The notes: a model not told the origin generated them from the letters alone. Shown: positions 46,670-56,901, counted from the stretch's first letter. The stretch: DNA of 64,000 nt from an uncultured Gammaproteobacteria bacterium (GCA_964629685.1 CAZVTT010000001.1:705319-769318), one strand, 5' to 3'. Program-made: numbers and translations.

Positions 46670-47827
46670 ATGAAGGCTAGACAATACATGCCGCTCATTC
46701 TTCTCGCCGGTCATGGTATCGGTGCGCTGGCGTTGCTATTCTATTCCTTTACCCAAATAGATTTGGCGTTAACTCTATCCCGCGCCAATGTGGTCCAAGC
46801 AGTACAACGGCAGTTTCAGTACATCGGATTTTTTAACCGGCCGCTTTCTACGGTATTGTATCTCGGTATTCTGATATGGCTGTTTGTTTGGTATGTATTT
46901 ACTGTGTGGGCAACAGTGAAACAGCGGCTGTCTGCCGGCCAGATTTGGCGACTGGTGGGGGCGGTTACTTTTTTACTGGTGTTTTCGTATCCGGCATTTT
47001 CTTATGACATTTTTAATTACATGTTTTCTGCAAAAACGGTCGTGTTTTATCACAAAAATCCGTATGTGGTAATTCCGCTGGAATTTACCGGTTATGAGCC
47101 GTGGTTGAGTTTCATGCGGTGGACACATCTTCCCACCGCGTACACACCGTTGTGGATTCTGTTAACGTTGCCGTTTTATGTGTTGGGTTTGGGTACGTTT
47201 ATCCTGACGTTGTGGAGTTTTAAAATTCTGGCTGCGTTATTCTACTTGGGAACGGTATTGGGAATAAAACGATTCCTTGATCGTGCTGCGCCCAAATATG
47301 CACTGACGGGAATGATCGTCTTTGCGCTAAATCCTCTCGTTTTGGTGGAAAGTCTGGTAAGTGCCCACAACGACATCGTGATGATGTGTTTGGCGGTATG
47401 GGGATTAGTGTTGTTGCAGGAACGTAAACGGTTTTCCGGATTATTAGTGGTTTCGCTTTCCGTGGCGATGAAACTAATGACCGTATTTTTGTTACCGGTA
47501 TTTGTATTGAAGTGGAAACGCTGGATGTTATTGATGCTTATGTTTACCGGATTTGTGTTAGTTCAATTTCAGCGCAGCGTACTGCCGTGGTATTTTTTAT
47601 GGGTAATCCCATTTGTGGCATTGTTGCCGGAATCCGTTCCGGTATTTATTGTTTCCTTGGGGTTTTCCATCGGTTTACTATTACGGTATGCCGCCCCCAT
47701 TTATTACGGGAATTGGAATGCTCCCGTACCGACGATCGAACTGTGGGTTACCTGGATTCCGGTGGGGATAGCGGTATTGTTGGCTGCTGTCTGGTTCATA
47801 ATTCAGAAATTTCGGTTAGCGAAATAA
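46670..47827 (+). CDS. Polytopic membrane protein; a putative GT-C-type glycosyltransferase (unclassified)
   Basis: 385 aa with about 11 TM segments. It lies directly downstream of a DPM1-like GT2. Confidence 0.35.
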   Translation: MKARQYMPLILLAGHGIGALALLFYSFTQIDLALTLSRANVVQAVQRQFQYIGFFNRPLSTVLYLGILIWLFVWYVFTVWATVKQRLSAGQIWRLVGAVTFLLVFSYPAFSYDIFNYMFSAKTVVFYHKNPYVVIPLEFTGYEPWLSFMRWTHLPTAYTPLWILLTLPFYVLGLGTFILTLWSFKILAALFYLGTVLGIKRFLDRAAPKYALTGMIVFALNPLVLVESLVSAHNDIVMMCLAVWGLVLLQERKRFSGLLVVSLSVAMKLMTVFLLPVFVLKWKRWMLLMLMFTGFVLVQFQRSVLPWYFLWVIPFVALLPESVPVFIVSLGFSIGLLLRYAAPIYYGNWNAPVPTIELWVTWIPVGIAVLLAAVWFIIQKFRLAK

Positions 47828-47836
47828 GTTCACGCA

Positions 47837-47863
47837 ATCACTCCCGGTGCACGCGGGAGTGAT
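47837..47863. terminator. Strong inverted repeat (10-bp arms, ATCACTCCCG / CGGGAGTGAT) between convergent genes; a probable bidirectional terminator
   Basis: Arms at 47837-47846 and 47854-47863, with a 7-nt loop. It lies between the stop of the plus-strand gene (47827) and the stop of the minus-strand gene (47881). There is no strong U-tract on either side. Confidence 0.4.
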
Positions 47864-47880
47864 GTACGATCGGCATTCGG

Positions 47881-48396
47881 TTACTGTGTTTCGGTCGGTG
47901 CGTCGGGTGGACCGCCTGCTCCGCGAAATCCACCATGCCCTTTCATGCCCATTCCTCCCATAAGATACTTTACGTCTATACCGTTTTGAGATGCCCAGGT
48001 CTCAAGTTCGGTCCGTTTGGTTTCCATAGCTGTCTTGCGTTCTGCAGCGGTTTTACCCTGCATGGTTTGCCTTTCGGTCTGACGGTTTGCCTGCATTTCC
48101 TTATGTTTTGTGATGATGAGCTGTTTTTGTGCTTCGGTTATTTTCCCTTCCGTAACATATTGGGTTAACTGTGTTTCATATTTTGCCTCCATTTCAGCTT
48201 GACGCTCGGTACGTTCCTGGTCAAATACGGCCTGGACGTCGCTCTTGTTCAATCCGAATTTATCGGCAATTTTTTGAACGATGGACGACATCGGGTCGGA
48301 TGAGGGTGTACTTTGCGCAAATACTTTTCCGGAGGTAAATAATCCTGCTCCGGCAAGAGTGATTGCCAAAGCTGTGATGGCTAATTGTTTTTTCAT
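47881..48396 (-). CDS. Secreted Lys/Glu/Gln-rich helical protein (DUF2680-like?) with a Gly-rich C-terminal tail
   Basis: The signal peptide is MKKQLAITALAITLAGAGLFTSGKVFAQS. The body is a charged helical repeat region (...EMEAKYETQLTQYVTEGKITEAQKQLIITKHKEMQANRQTERQ...). The tail is GGMGMKGHGGFRGAGGPP. The start at 48396 has a GGAGGTG RBS. It is the only minus-strand gene in block B. Confidence 0.5.
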   Translation of the reverse strand: MKKQLAITALAITLAGAGLFTSGKVFAQSTPSSDPMSSIVQKIADKFGLNKSDVQAVFDQERTERQAEMEAKYETQLTQYVTEGKITEAQKQLIITKHKEMQANRQTERQTMQGKTAAERKTAMETKRTELETWASQNGIDVKYLMGGMGMKGHGGFRGAGGPPDAPTETQ

Positions 48397-48523
48397 GTAT
48401 TTCACCTCCTTTCCGATTACCATGAGCCCATCATAAAACGGTAAACTGAATTTTTGCTTAATCATTAACCTTGCGCACTTGTCAGTTTGCTGTATTGCTG
48501 CAGACTCACGTATAATTGGCGGT

Positions 48524-50044
48524 ATGAAACTCAATCTCCGGAAACATTTTTCCGATACGGTAATTACGGGTGGACTTTCGCTATTTTACGCGGTTACCCG
48601 TTTAACTAATTTAACAGGATTACCTATTTTTACCGATGAAGCAATCTATATTCGCTGGTCACAAATAGGCGCCAGTGACGCAAATTGGCGTTTTATTTCG
48701 CTGACGGACGGGAAACAGCCTTTGTTTACCTGGATTATGATGGGGTTATTAAAAATAATTCCCGATCCGTTGTTTGCTGGAAGAATGGTATCAGTGCTTG
48801 CGGGAGCGGCCAGTTGCATTGGTTTGTGGATATTGGTAAAAGAATTGTTTAAAAATAAGAAAATTGCGTACATTACCGTAGCACTGTATTTAATTTCTCC
48901 CTTCTCTACCGTTTATGACCGTATGGCGCTTTACGATTCGTTGTCTGCGGCATTTGCTATCTGGAATTTATATTTGGCTGTTCGCTTGGTGCGTAATCCG
49001 CGTCTGGATTTAGCGCTCATATTCGGGATGGCATTGGGTGCCGGTATGTTAAATAAAACTTCTGGTTTTTTGAGTTTGTATCTCTTGCCGTTAACCCTGC
49101 TCTTATTTGACTGGAAATCCAAAAAATTGCAGTCACGGCTGCTTCAGTGGGGTATTTTTGTGGTGATAGCTGCAGGAATATCTCAGGCTATGTACGGCGT
49201 ACTTAGGTTATCGCCGTTTTTTCATATGATCGGTCAGAAAGATGCCGTTTTCGTATATCCGTTGCGTGAATGGCTTACCCATCCCTTTTTATTTTTCCGC
49301 GGGAATATGAATGGTTTATTTGATTGGGCAATTTCATATTTATCATGGCCGGTATTTCTAATCGCTTTGGTACCGTTATTCTGGCCGAGACAATGGCTGC
49401 GGGAAAAATTATTGTTATACGGTATGTGGCTGGCTCCCTTATGTGCTCTGGGTTTATTCGGTAGAATTCTTTATCCCCGGTATATTCTGTTTATGATAAT
49501 GCCTTTATTCGTATTGGCGGCAATGACTGTATATGAAATACTTAGAAAATACGGAAGGCAGGTTATCGGTATTGTGGCACTATTTATTATAGTAGCGCCC
49601 AGTATCTCCACATCGTATGTTTTCATTACCAATCCCAGATATGCGCCTATTCCTTTTGCCGATAGGGGACAATTCATTGACGATTGGCCTTCAGGTTGGG
49701 GCGTAGCGGAAGTAAATGAATATCTGCGGAAAGAAGCAGAAAAAGGGCATATAAGCGTATTTACGGAAGGGACGTTTGGTTTAATGCCGTATTCCGTAGA
49801 AATCGCTTTGGTTACAAATCCGAATGTAACCATAAAAGGAATTTGGCCGCTACCGGAAGAACTGCCGGCGGAAGTTATGGAAAAGGTAAAATCTGAACCA
49901 ATATACATGATACTCAATGAAACTCAGGAAGCGCCTCCGGCATGGCATATGGAGTTGCTCGCGACATACCAGAAAGGAACCCGTCAGGATCGTGCACTTA
50001 GATTATTCCGAGTGCATCTCCCGGTAGCCACCCGGTATGAGTAA
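48524..50044 (+). CDS. Polytopic GT-C membrane glycosyltransferase, ArnT/PMT-like (GT39/83-like)
   Basis: The first loop FTDEAIYIRWSQIGASDANWRFISLTDGKQPLFTWIMMG carries the D-E..Y...K(Q)PL motif. The start was set at the ATG at 48524, which is preceded by TATAAT at 48511-48516. Confidence 0.55.
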   Translation: MKLNLRKHFSDTVITGGLSLFYAVTRLTNLTGLPIFTDEAIYIRWSQIGASDANWRFISLTDGKQPLFTWIMMGLLKIIPDPLFAGRMVSVLAGAASCIGLWILVKELFKNKKIAYITVALYLISPFSTVYDRMALYDSLSAAFAIWNLYLAVRLVRNPRLDLALIFGMALGAGMLNKTSGFLSLYLLPLTLLLFDWKSKKLQSRLLQWGIFVVIAAGISQAMYGVLRLSPFFHMIGQKDAVFVYPLREWLTHPFLFFRGNMNGLFDWAISYLSWPVFLIALVPLFWPRQWLREKLLLYGMWLAPLCALGLFGRILYPRYILFMIMPLFVLAAMTVYEILRKYGRQVIGIVALFIIVAPSISTSYVFITNPRYAPIPFADRGQFIDDWPSGWGVAEVNEYLRKEAEKGHISVFTEGTFGLMPYSVEIALVTNPNVTIKGIWPLPEELPAEVMEKVKSEPIYMILNETQEAPPAWHMELLATYQKGTRQDRALRLFRVHLPVATRYE

Positions 50045-51593
50045 AATAAAAGCGTATCAGTGGTTGGGCGTTATAATTGTTTTACTGGCAGCTTTCGTTG
50101 TCCTTTCCCCGTTAATTAAACCGGGTTTTTTTATTACCGATGACGGTGACTGGATGGTGATCCGGTTAAGTGCGTTCTACCAAAGCTTACGGGAAGGTCA
50201 ATTTCCTGTTCGGTTTTTAGGGCGTCTCAACAGTAGTTACGGATATCCGGTCGCTAATTTCTTATATCCGGGATATCTGTATTTGGGATCGGTAATACAC
50301 GCGGTCGGAATTTCGTATGTGGATTCGGTTAAATTAATTTTTTTCGGATCTGTCGTTATAGGTAGTTTTGGCAGTTTTTTTTGGCTACGGCGCCGTTTCG
50401 GACCGTTAACCAGCACGGTAGGGGCAATAGGGTATGCCTGGTCTCCGTATTTGTTATTTGATATTTATAAAAGGGGTTCCGTGGGGGAAGTGTTGGCAAT
50501 GGGGATAGTGCCTTTAGCTCTGTGGGCTATGGAAACGGAACGCCGCGTATTATTTGCTGTATTTATAGCCGCGATAATAGTCAGTCATAATTCGCTTGCA
50601 GCATTATTCGTATCACTGTTGCTGATCCTGGTGCTGCTTAGGCAGCAGTGGAAGTTTTTGCCGTTTATTGTGAGCGGCCTGTGTATGTCCGCATTTTTTT
50701 GGTTTCCTGCATTATTTGAACAGCGGTATGTTATTTTTTCCCGGATTACCGTATCAGATCCGAATCAATATTTTGTTCCGCCTGCCCTGTTGGTGCAGTT
50801 GGGGGTGGTATATGTAGGAGCGTTTATTCTGGCTGCTAAACGTAACTTCGGAAAAGTGGGAAGTCGTTTGTATTTAGTAAGTTTTATTATTGCACTTATT
50901 TTGGCTACACCCCTTTCACTTATGGTCTGGAAATTGCGCATTTTTGCCCAGGTGTTTCAGTTTCCGTATCGGTTTCTATCATTGGTAACCGTATTGGGAC
51001 CATGGGTATTAGGGTTAGCTATGGAAGAGTTTTCCCAGAAATACCGGTGGTTGGTGGCAGTCATAGTGTGCTTCTTACTATTTTACCCGGCGTATCAAAA
51101 CCAGCATCGGATACAGATGGTAGATAGACCGGATGGATATTATTCAACCAATGAAGCGACAACTACCGTGGCAGATGAATATTTACCTATCTGGGCCAGA
51201 GTCAGGTCAGATAGTCGTGCCTACACTCGGATTCAGAGTTTTCAGGGTGATGCACAGATAGAAATTAAACAGGCAACTACGCAACGGGTTGATGCCGTAA
51301 TTCTTGCTAAAGAGCCAAGCACTATTCAGATAAACACATTGTACTATCCCGGGTGGGGTGTCATGCTGAACGGTGTACCCGTAAAGCCGGATGCCAGTAA
51401 TGAATTTGGTGTAATGCGGATACGGGTTCCCGCCGGTACTCATAGAATTTACGCGGAGTTTAGGGAAACCGTGTTACGGTTCTGTGCGGATATGGTTTCA
51501 CTTTTTGCGTTTGTAATTACTTTAGGATATCCCTTTTTTCGATCACGTATGATGAAAAATATGCTAACGGTGCGGAAAAAAGCTAAAAAATGA
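50037..51593 (+). CDS. Polytopic membrane protein; a putative GT-C-type glycosyltransferase; paralog of the next gene
   Basis: 518 aa. The N-terminus reads PGFFITDDGDWMVIRLSAFYQSLREGQFPVRFLGRLNSSYGYPVANFLYPG. It aligns with the 51590 product. Confidence 0.4.
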   Translation: MSKIKAYQWLGVIIVLLAAFVVLSPLIKPGFFITDDGDWMVIRLSAFYQSLREGQFPVRFLGRLNSSYGYPVANFLYPGYLYLGSVIHAVGISYVDSVKLIFFGSVVIGSFGSFFWLRRRFGPLTSTVGAIGYAWSPYLLFDIYKRGSVGEVLAMGIVPLALWAMETERRVLFAVFIAAIIVSHNSLAALFVSLLLILVLLRQQWKFLPFIVSGLCMSAFFWFPALFEQRYVIFSRITVSDPNQYFVPPALLVQLGVVYVGAFILAAKRNFGKVGSRLYLVSFIIALILATPLSLMVWKLRIFAQVFQFPYRFLSLVTVLGPWVLGLAMEEFSQKYRWLVAVIVCFLLFYPAYQNQHRIQMVDRPDGYYSTNEATTTVADEYLPIWARVRSDSRAYTRIQSFQGDAQIEIKQATTQRVDAVILAKEPSTIQINTLYYPGWGVMLNGVPVKPDASNEFGVMRIRVPAGTHRIYAEFRETVLRFCADMVSLFAFVITLGYPFFRSRMMKNMLTVRKKAKK

Positions 51594-53254
51594 AACGCCA
51601 AATTGTTGCTTATGTTTTGGTATTGCTGGCAGCGGTGTTAAGTGTCCGGATGTTGTTCCAACCCGGATTTTATCCAATGCATGACGATACACAGATAGCC
51701 CGCGTTGTTACCATGGGACATGCGTTACTCCGCGGGCAATTCCCGGTGCGATGGGTTTCGGATTTGGGATACGGATATGGTTACCCCATCTATAATTTTT
51801 ACGGACCGCTTCCGTATTATATAGGCGGTGGTCTATATGCTTTGGGAATGAGCGGTATTGCAGCCGCGAAGGGAATGATTTTCATTTCTTCACTGTTATC
51901 CGCGGTGTTTATGTTTACACTGTTGCGGAGGCTGGTAGGTAACTCCGGTGCAATCGTGGGGACCGTATTTTTTCTGTTTGCACCATACCGGGCAGTGAAT
52001 ATTTTCGTACGGGGTGCGGTGGGAGAAGCGTGGGCGATTTCATTTTTTCCATTACTTCTCCTGGGATTGGTACTTACGTATGTAAAAAAGCGGCGGTTTG
52101 ACAGTAGTGTAATCGGCGGTTTAGGTCTTGCAGGTATTATTGTTTCACACACACTGCTGGGTTATGTAACTGTGCTTCTGAGCAGTGTCGGGTTAGGTAT
52201 CGTGTGGGTATACGAGGTAGTTACCAAACGGTTTGACCTGTCACGGATGATACGCCAGGCTGGCGTACTCCTTTGCGGATTACTTCTGAGTGCTTTCTTC
52301 TGGCTGCCCGCTTTTGCGGAAAAACGTTTTACGAATGTAGATAGTCAGGTAAGCTTGACTGCGGATTATCATACTCATTTTGTTTGTCCCGAGCAGTTGT
52401 GGTATTCACCCTGGGGATTCGGCGGGTCGGTAGCCGGCTGTACTGACGGAATGTCTTTTAGCCTCGGTAAGATAACACTCTTTACCGCATTGTGGGGTAT
52501 TTTGCTGACGCTGTTATTCTGGCGTAAAGTGCCCAAACGGATACAAACGTTAGCGATTGTTGGTATCGGTATTGCCGGAATTTCGGTATTTTTGACGACG
52601 TCCTGGTCCCTGATTTTCTGGGAAAATTTGCCGAATTTTGCATATTTGCAGTATCCGTGGCGGTTCCTGGGACTTACGGGATTCGGATTGTCACTAGTAG
52701 CGGGGTTGGCGGTATTGCGTATCAAAACACCATTTCGTTGGATACTTGGTGGCGTACTCGTGACTGCGATAATATTCCGAAACGGTACCTTGTTTACTCC
52801 TCAATTTCCGATACCGCAGATCAGCAGTTTCTATGAATCTCCAGCGGATATCCGTTATCGGGTATCAAAAATATCCGATGAATATCTTCCTCCCGGCATT
52901 GTTAAACCCCGTACCCCGGCGGAAGTGGTGAGGGAAACGGTTCCGGGAAATAGTAGCCTTAGCGTGGGAACGGAAATAGATACGGAAACGTATGTAAAAG
53001 CTATTTTGCTGACTAAAACGGTACAGGATATCCGAATAAACAGGGCCTACTTTCCCGGATGGGAATATAGGGTAAACGGGACTATAGTTACGCCGAAAAT
53101 TGAAAACGGACTTCCCGTTTTGACGATTCCCGGAGAAGACAGTACAATGCAAATGTTCTTCCGGGACACGCCGATTCGCCGGTTGAGTAATGTAGTAACG
53201 CTCGGCGCTATTATTATTTTACTATTTTATTATGGCAGGAAAACCATCGCTTAA
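51590..53254 (+). CDS. Polytopic membrane protein; a putative GT-C-type glycosyltransferase; paralog of the previous gene
   Basis: 554 aa. The N-terminus reads PGFYPMHDDTQIARVVTMGHALLRGQFPVRWVSDLGYGYGYPIYNFYGP. The start ATGA-overlaps the upstream stop. Confidence 0.4.
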   Translation: MKRQIVAYVLVLLAAVLSVRMLFQPGFYPMHDDTQIARVVTMGHALLRGQFPVRWVSDLGYGYGYPIYNFYGPLPYYIGGGLYALGMSGIAAAKGMIFISSLLSAVFMFTLLRRLVGNSGAIVGTVFFLFAPYRAVNIFVRGAVGEAWAISFFPLLLLGLVLTYVKKRRFDSSVIGGLGLAGIIVSHTLLGYVTVLLSSVGLGIVWVYEVVTKRFDLSRMIRQAGVLLCGLLLSAFFWLPAFAEKRFTNVDSQVSLTADYHTHFVCPEQLWYSPWGFGGSVAGCTDGMSFSLGKITLFTALWGILLTLLFWRKVPKRIQTLAIVGIGIAGISVFLTTSWSLIFWENLPNFAYLQYPWRFLGLTGFGLSLVAGLAVLRIKTPFRWILGGVLVTAIIFRNGTLFTPQFPIPQISSFYESPADIRYRVSKISDEYLPPGIVKPRTPAEVVRETVPGNSSLSVGTEIDTETYVKAILLTKTVQDIRINRAYFPGWEYRVNGTIVTPKIENGLPVLTIPGEDSTMQMFFRDTPIRRLSNVVTLGAIIILLFYYGRKTIA

Positions 53255-53978
53255 TGTAGTTATTCCCGTATACAACGAAGAGAAAGAATTGGAAGATAGT
53301 GTCAGAACGCTTCATGCATATCTTAACGGTCATTTGCCGGATTTTGATTGGATTATTACCGTTGTAGATAATGCTTCAACTGACGGTACCTGGAGTATTG
53401 CCCAGAAGCTTGCCAAAAGCATAAAACAGGTAAAAGCGCATCGGTTACCGCAAAAAGGCAGGGGACGGGCAGTTAAGTACGTTTGGCAACAGCATAAAGC
53501 GGATGTAGTGGCGTATATGGATGTAGACTTATCTACAGATCTTAAGCATTTTCCGCCGTTAGTCAGATCTTTGCTGAGAGGGTATGATGTAGCCATTGGC
53601 AGTAGAAATGCCCGGGGTGCACGGGTGTACGGAAGAGGTTTACTACGGACAATTACGTCTAAAGGATATATTTTCCTGATCAAAATGTTCTTTTTTGTTC
53701 ACTTTTCTGACGCTCAGTGTGGATTTAAAGCCGTAAGCAGGAAAATAGTGGAAACGGTATTGCCTGCTATTGAAGATAATGAATGGTTTTTTGACACGGA
53801 ACTCCTTCTCCTGACAGAGAAAATGGGGTATCGTATATATGAGGAGCCCGTTACCTGGATAGATAATCCCGGCTCAACGGTTCGTGTAATGAAGACCGCC
53901 CAGGGAGACCTCGCCGGACTTTGGCGATTATTTGTCAGCCGTCCCTGGAATAGACCGCATGAACGAAATAGACATTAG
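53232..53978 (+). CDS. GT2 polyprenol-phosphate sugar synthase (DPM1/GtrB-like)
   Basis: LNVVIPVYNEEKELEDSVRTL...VVDNASTDGT...YMDVDLSTD. Confidence 0.6.
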   Translation: MAGKPSLNVVIPVYNEEKELEDSVRTLHAYLNGHLPDFDWIITVVDNASTDGTWSIAQKLAKSIKQVKAHRLPQKGRGRAVKYVWQQHKADVVAYMDVDLSTDLKHFPPLVRSLLRGYDVAIGSRNARGARVYGRGLLRTITSKGYIFLIKMFFFVHFSDAQCGFKAVSRKIVETVLPAIEDNEWFFDTELLLLTEKMGYRIYEEPVTWIDNPGSTVRVMKTAQGDLAGLWRLFVSRPWNRPHERNRH

Positions 53979-55413
53979 TCTCATCAAGAAAAAATCGCTT
54001 TCAGGGATCGTCGCCCTTACCAAACGGACGTTTTTGTTACAAGTATTTGGTTTTGTAACGATGTTCTTTTTGGGAATTTTCCTTAACCGGCCTGACTTCG
54101 GTGTGTTTGGTGTGGTTTCCGCATTTATTAACTTTTTGGCCTACTTTTCTGATGTGGGGTTAGCCGGTGCATTGATACAGAAGAAAGAAGAGCTTACTGA
54201 AGACGATTTAGCTACTACATTTACTATACAGCAGATTTTAGTCGGCGCTCTGGTTATAGGAGCATTGGTATTTTCAGGGCCGCTAACGTCGTTCTATAAA
54301 TTAAATTCGAACGGATTGTGGCTATTTCGCGCACTACTTTTATCGTTTTTTCTCTCTTCCTTAAAAACCATTCCTTCGATAATTCTGGAACGGAAACTTG
54401 ATTTTAACCGCCTGGTTATCCCCCAGATATTGGAAACAATGGCATTTAATGCCGTTACGCTGGTGTTGGCATGGCGCGGGTTTGGTGTGGCCAGTTTTAC
54501 CTGGGGTGCGCTTTCCAGGGCAATCATAGGACTAGTTGCGATGTATGTGGTTTGCCCGTGGAAAATCAGGGTAGGAATTAACAGGGAAGTGGCAAAGCAC
54601 TTATTCCGTTTCGGAATTCCGTTTCAGTGGAATTCCATACTGGCGTTACTGAAGGATGATCTGATGTTTTTATTCCTGGGGAAAATACTTCCGCTGGGGG
54701 ATTTAGGCTTTATCGTTTGGGCGAAAAAATGGGCAGAGGTTCCACTCAGACTGGTTATGGATAATGTCGTGCGGGTAACATTTCCCGCTTTCTCACGACT
54801 GCAGCATGATGTAAAAGTATTAGGCGATACCATAGAGAAAGCTTTATTTGGTGTCTCTATGGCAGTATTTCCGCTATACGGGGGAATGCTATTCTTTATG
54901 CTGCCGTTTATTCATGTCGTACCGAAATACGAAAAATGGGAGCCGGCCATGTTCTCGTTTTATTTGATGTGTTTATCATCAATATTTGCCAGTTTGTCTA
55001 CACCGCTTACCAATGCCTTGAATGCAATAGGAAGGATTAAAACGACACTGGTACTTATGGCCATCTGGGTGGTACTAACCTGGGTGCTCACGCTCACGTT
55101 CTTACATTTCTTCGGATACAATGGATTTTCTTTGGCTTTGTTTGCTATTTCGCTGTCACTCTTTGTAGTGATTCGACTGGTAAAGCGTACCGTTAATTTC
55201 TCATTTTGGCATAGCGTACGGTTTCCTTTACTGGGATTACTTCTTCAGTCGGGATTATATGCGGTATGTCTGTCATTCGGGCCGCAATCCATGTGGTGGC
55301 TTATACCTGTGGGATGCGCGGGTGTTATACTGTACGGAGGAACCGTGTGGCATTTTGAGCGACAGCGGATTCTTCCGATACTGTCCGGTCTACGCGGCAA
55401 ATACCAGGTATGA
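53932..55413 (+). CDS. Wzx-like oligosaccharide flippase (MOP superfamily polysaccharide biosynthesis protein)
   Basis: About 14 TM segments in the typical Wzx layout. An alternative start exists at the ATG at 53959. It overlaps the end of the upstream GT2. Confidence 0.5.
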   Translation: MSAVPGIDRMNEIDISLIKKKSLSGIVALTKRTFLLQVFGFVTMFFLGIFLNRPDFGVFGVVSAFINFLAYFSDVGLAGALIQKKEELTEDDLATTFTIQQILVGALVIGALVFSGPLTSFYKLNSNGLWLFRALLLSFFLSSLKTIPSIILERKLDFNRLVIPQILETMAFNAVTLVLAWRGFGVASFTWGALSRAIIGLVAMYVVCPWKIRVGINREVAKHLFRFGIPFQWNSILALLKDDLMFLFLGKILPLGDLGFIVWAKKWAEVPLRLVMDNVVRVTFPAFSRLQHDVKVLGDTIEKALFGVSMAVFPLYGGMLFFMLPFIHVVPKYEKWEPAMFSFYLMCLSSIFASLSTPLTNALNAIGRIKTTLVLMAIWVVLTWVLTLTFLHFFGYNGFSLALFAISLSLFVVIRLVKRTVNFSFWHSVRFPLLGLLLQSGLYAVCLSFGPQSMWWLIPVGCAGVILYGGTVWHFERQRILPILSGLRGKYQV

Positions 55414-56318
55414 GCACACTTGCAGTCGTGGTTTCCGCATGGAATGAGGAACAGCATTTAGCCGATTGTTTGGCATCTGCTCAATGGGCAGATGAACTTA
55501 TTGTAGTAGACAGTGCTTCAACGGATAAAACTCCGGAAATAGCTAAAACTTTCACTAAACACGTATATACCCAGCCGAATCAAATGATGTTGAACCTGAA
55601 TAAGAATTTCGGGTTTTCCCGGGCTACCGCTGATTGGATTCTTTCACTGGACGCTGATGAAGAACTTACGCCTGAACTTGCCCACGAAATACGTATGTGT
55701 ATGGAATCCGATACTGCAAATGGATATTGGTTACCCAGAAAAAACATTATTTTCGGTCAATGGATTAAGCATGGTTTATGGTGGCCGGATAAGCAATTAC
55801 GGCTGTTCCGGCGCGGAAAAGGAAAATTTCCCTGTAAGCATATACATGAATATATTGCCGTAGACGGGACTGTAGCTGAAATCAAGGAACCGTTCGTGCA
55901 TTATAACTACCGGTACATATCTCAATTTATCCGGAAAATGGATCAAATATATACGGAGAGCGAAGTGACTCAATATTTGGAAAAACACAAACAACTTCAT
56001 TGGCATGATGCCATCCGTATGCCCGTCGGAGACTTTGTGAAAATTTACTTTATGCTGGAAGGGTATAAAGACGGATTGCATGGGTTGGTACTCAGTATTC
56101 TTCAGGCTTTTTACGCATTTGTAATTTTTGCGAAAGCCTGGGAAAAACGGGGGTTCCCCTCACAGGATATTCCGTTAAATTCCGTGAACGCGGCGTTGTC
56201 TACTTCATTATCGGAAATTAAATATTGGCAGCTGACGGCCGCGATAAAACACAGCCGTTCTGTGTTCTCCCGGTTGTGGCTAAAGGTACAACGGAAATAT
56301 GTCACCCAAACTGAGTGA
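55410..56318 (+). CDS. GT2-family glycosyltransferase
   Basis: LAVVVSAWNEEQHLADCLASAQWADELIVVDSASTDKT...SLDADEEL. The start ATGA-overlaps the upstream stop. Confidence 0.55.
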   Translation: MSTLAVVVSAWNEEQHLADCLASAQWADELIVVDSASTDKTPEIAKTFTKHVYTQPNQMMLNLNKNFGFSRATADWILSLDADEELTPELAHEIRMCMESDTANGYWLPRKNIIFGQWIKHGLWWPDKQLRLFRRGKGKFPCKHIHEYIAVDGTVAEIKEPFVHYNYRYISQFIRKMDQIYTESEVTQYLEKHKQLHWHDAIRMPVGDFVKIYFMLEGYKDGLHGLVLSILQAFYAFVIFAKAWEKRGFPSQDIPLNSVNAALSTSLSEIKYWQLTAAIKHSRSVFSRLWLKVQRKYVTQTE

Positions 56319-56898
56319 CGTGTTATTGCCGCCACTCATATTATTTTTATCGTTTAATGTCCTGATACTTAATCTGGTAGTTTTTTCCCGCCATGCGGAA
56401 CAAGCTGCCGTTACCGTGGAATCCGTTACACCAACGGTAACTCCTTCGGCCTCACTCACTCCCACAGCCAGTCCTTCTCCTACGGCTATACCGCTTCCGG
56501 TAACAAAATTAAGCATTACCCCTACCGGTATTCCCGGTGTAAAGGAAATATATATTCCGTTGGGGACTGGTAGGACGACGAATAATGAATGGGAAGAACT
56601 TCCCGCAACGGAAGTAGCGGTAAATACAGCCAATTACCCGATAATATCCAAAGTGTATTTTGAAGTATTTATGCATATTACGACCGGAAACGGAACGATG
56701 CAGGCTAAACTGTATAATAGTACGGATCGTCATGACGTTTGGTTTAGTGAAGTATCTATGACCGGCGATCGTGTCACCCGTCTCGAAGTGCCGATATCTT
56801 TAGATGCCGGGAATAAGCGATATAAAGTTATGGTTAAATCATCATTAAAAGCCGAGGCGGTAGTGGATAATGCGCGAATTAAGATTCAGTTCAAGTAA
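56299..56898 (+). CDS. Signal-anchored secreted protein with a PT/S-rich linker and a beta-rich domain of unknown function
   Basis: N-terminal hydrophobic helix. The linker is TPTVTPSASLTPTASPSPTAIPLPV. A domain of about 130 aa follows. Confidence 0.35.
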   Translation: MSPKLSDVLLPPLILFLSFNVLILNLVVFSRHAEQAAVTVESVTPTVTPSASLTPTASPSPTAIPLPVTKLSITPTGIPGVKEIYIPLGTGRTTNNEWEELPATEVAVNTANYPIISKVYFEVFMHITTGNGTMQAKLYNSTDRHDVWFSEVSMTGDRVTRLEVPISLDAGNKRYKVMVKSSLKAEAVVDNARIKIQFK

Positions 56899-56901
56899 AG
56901 T

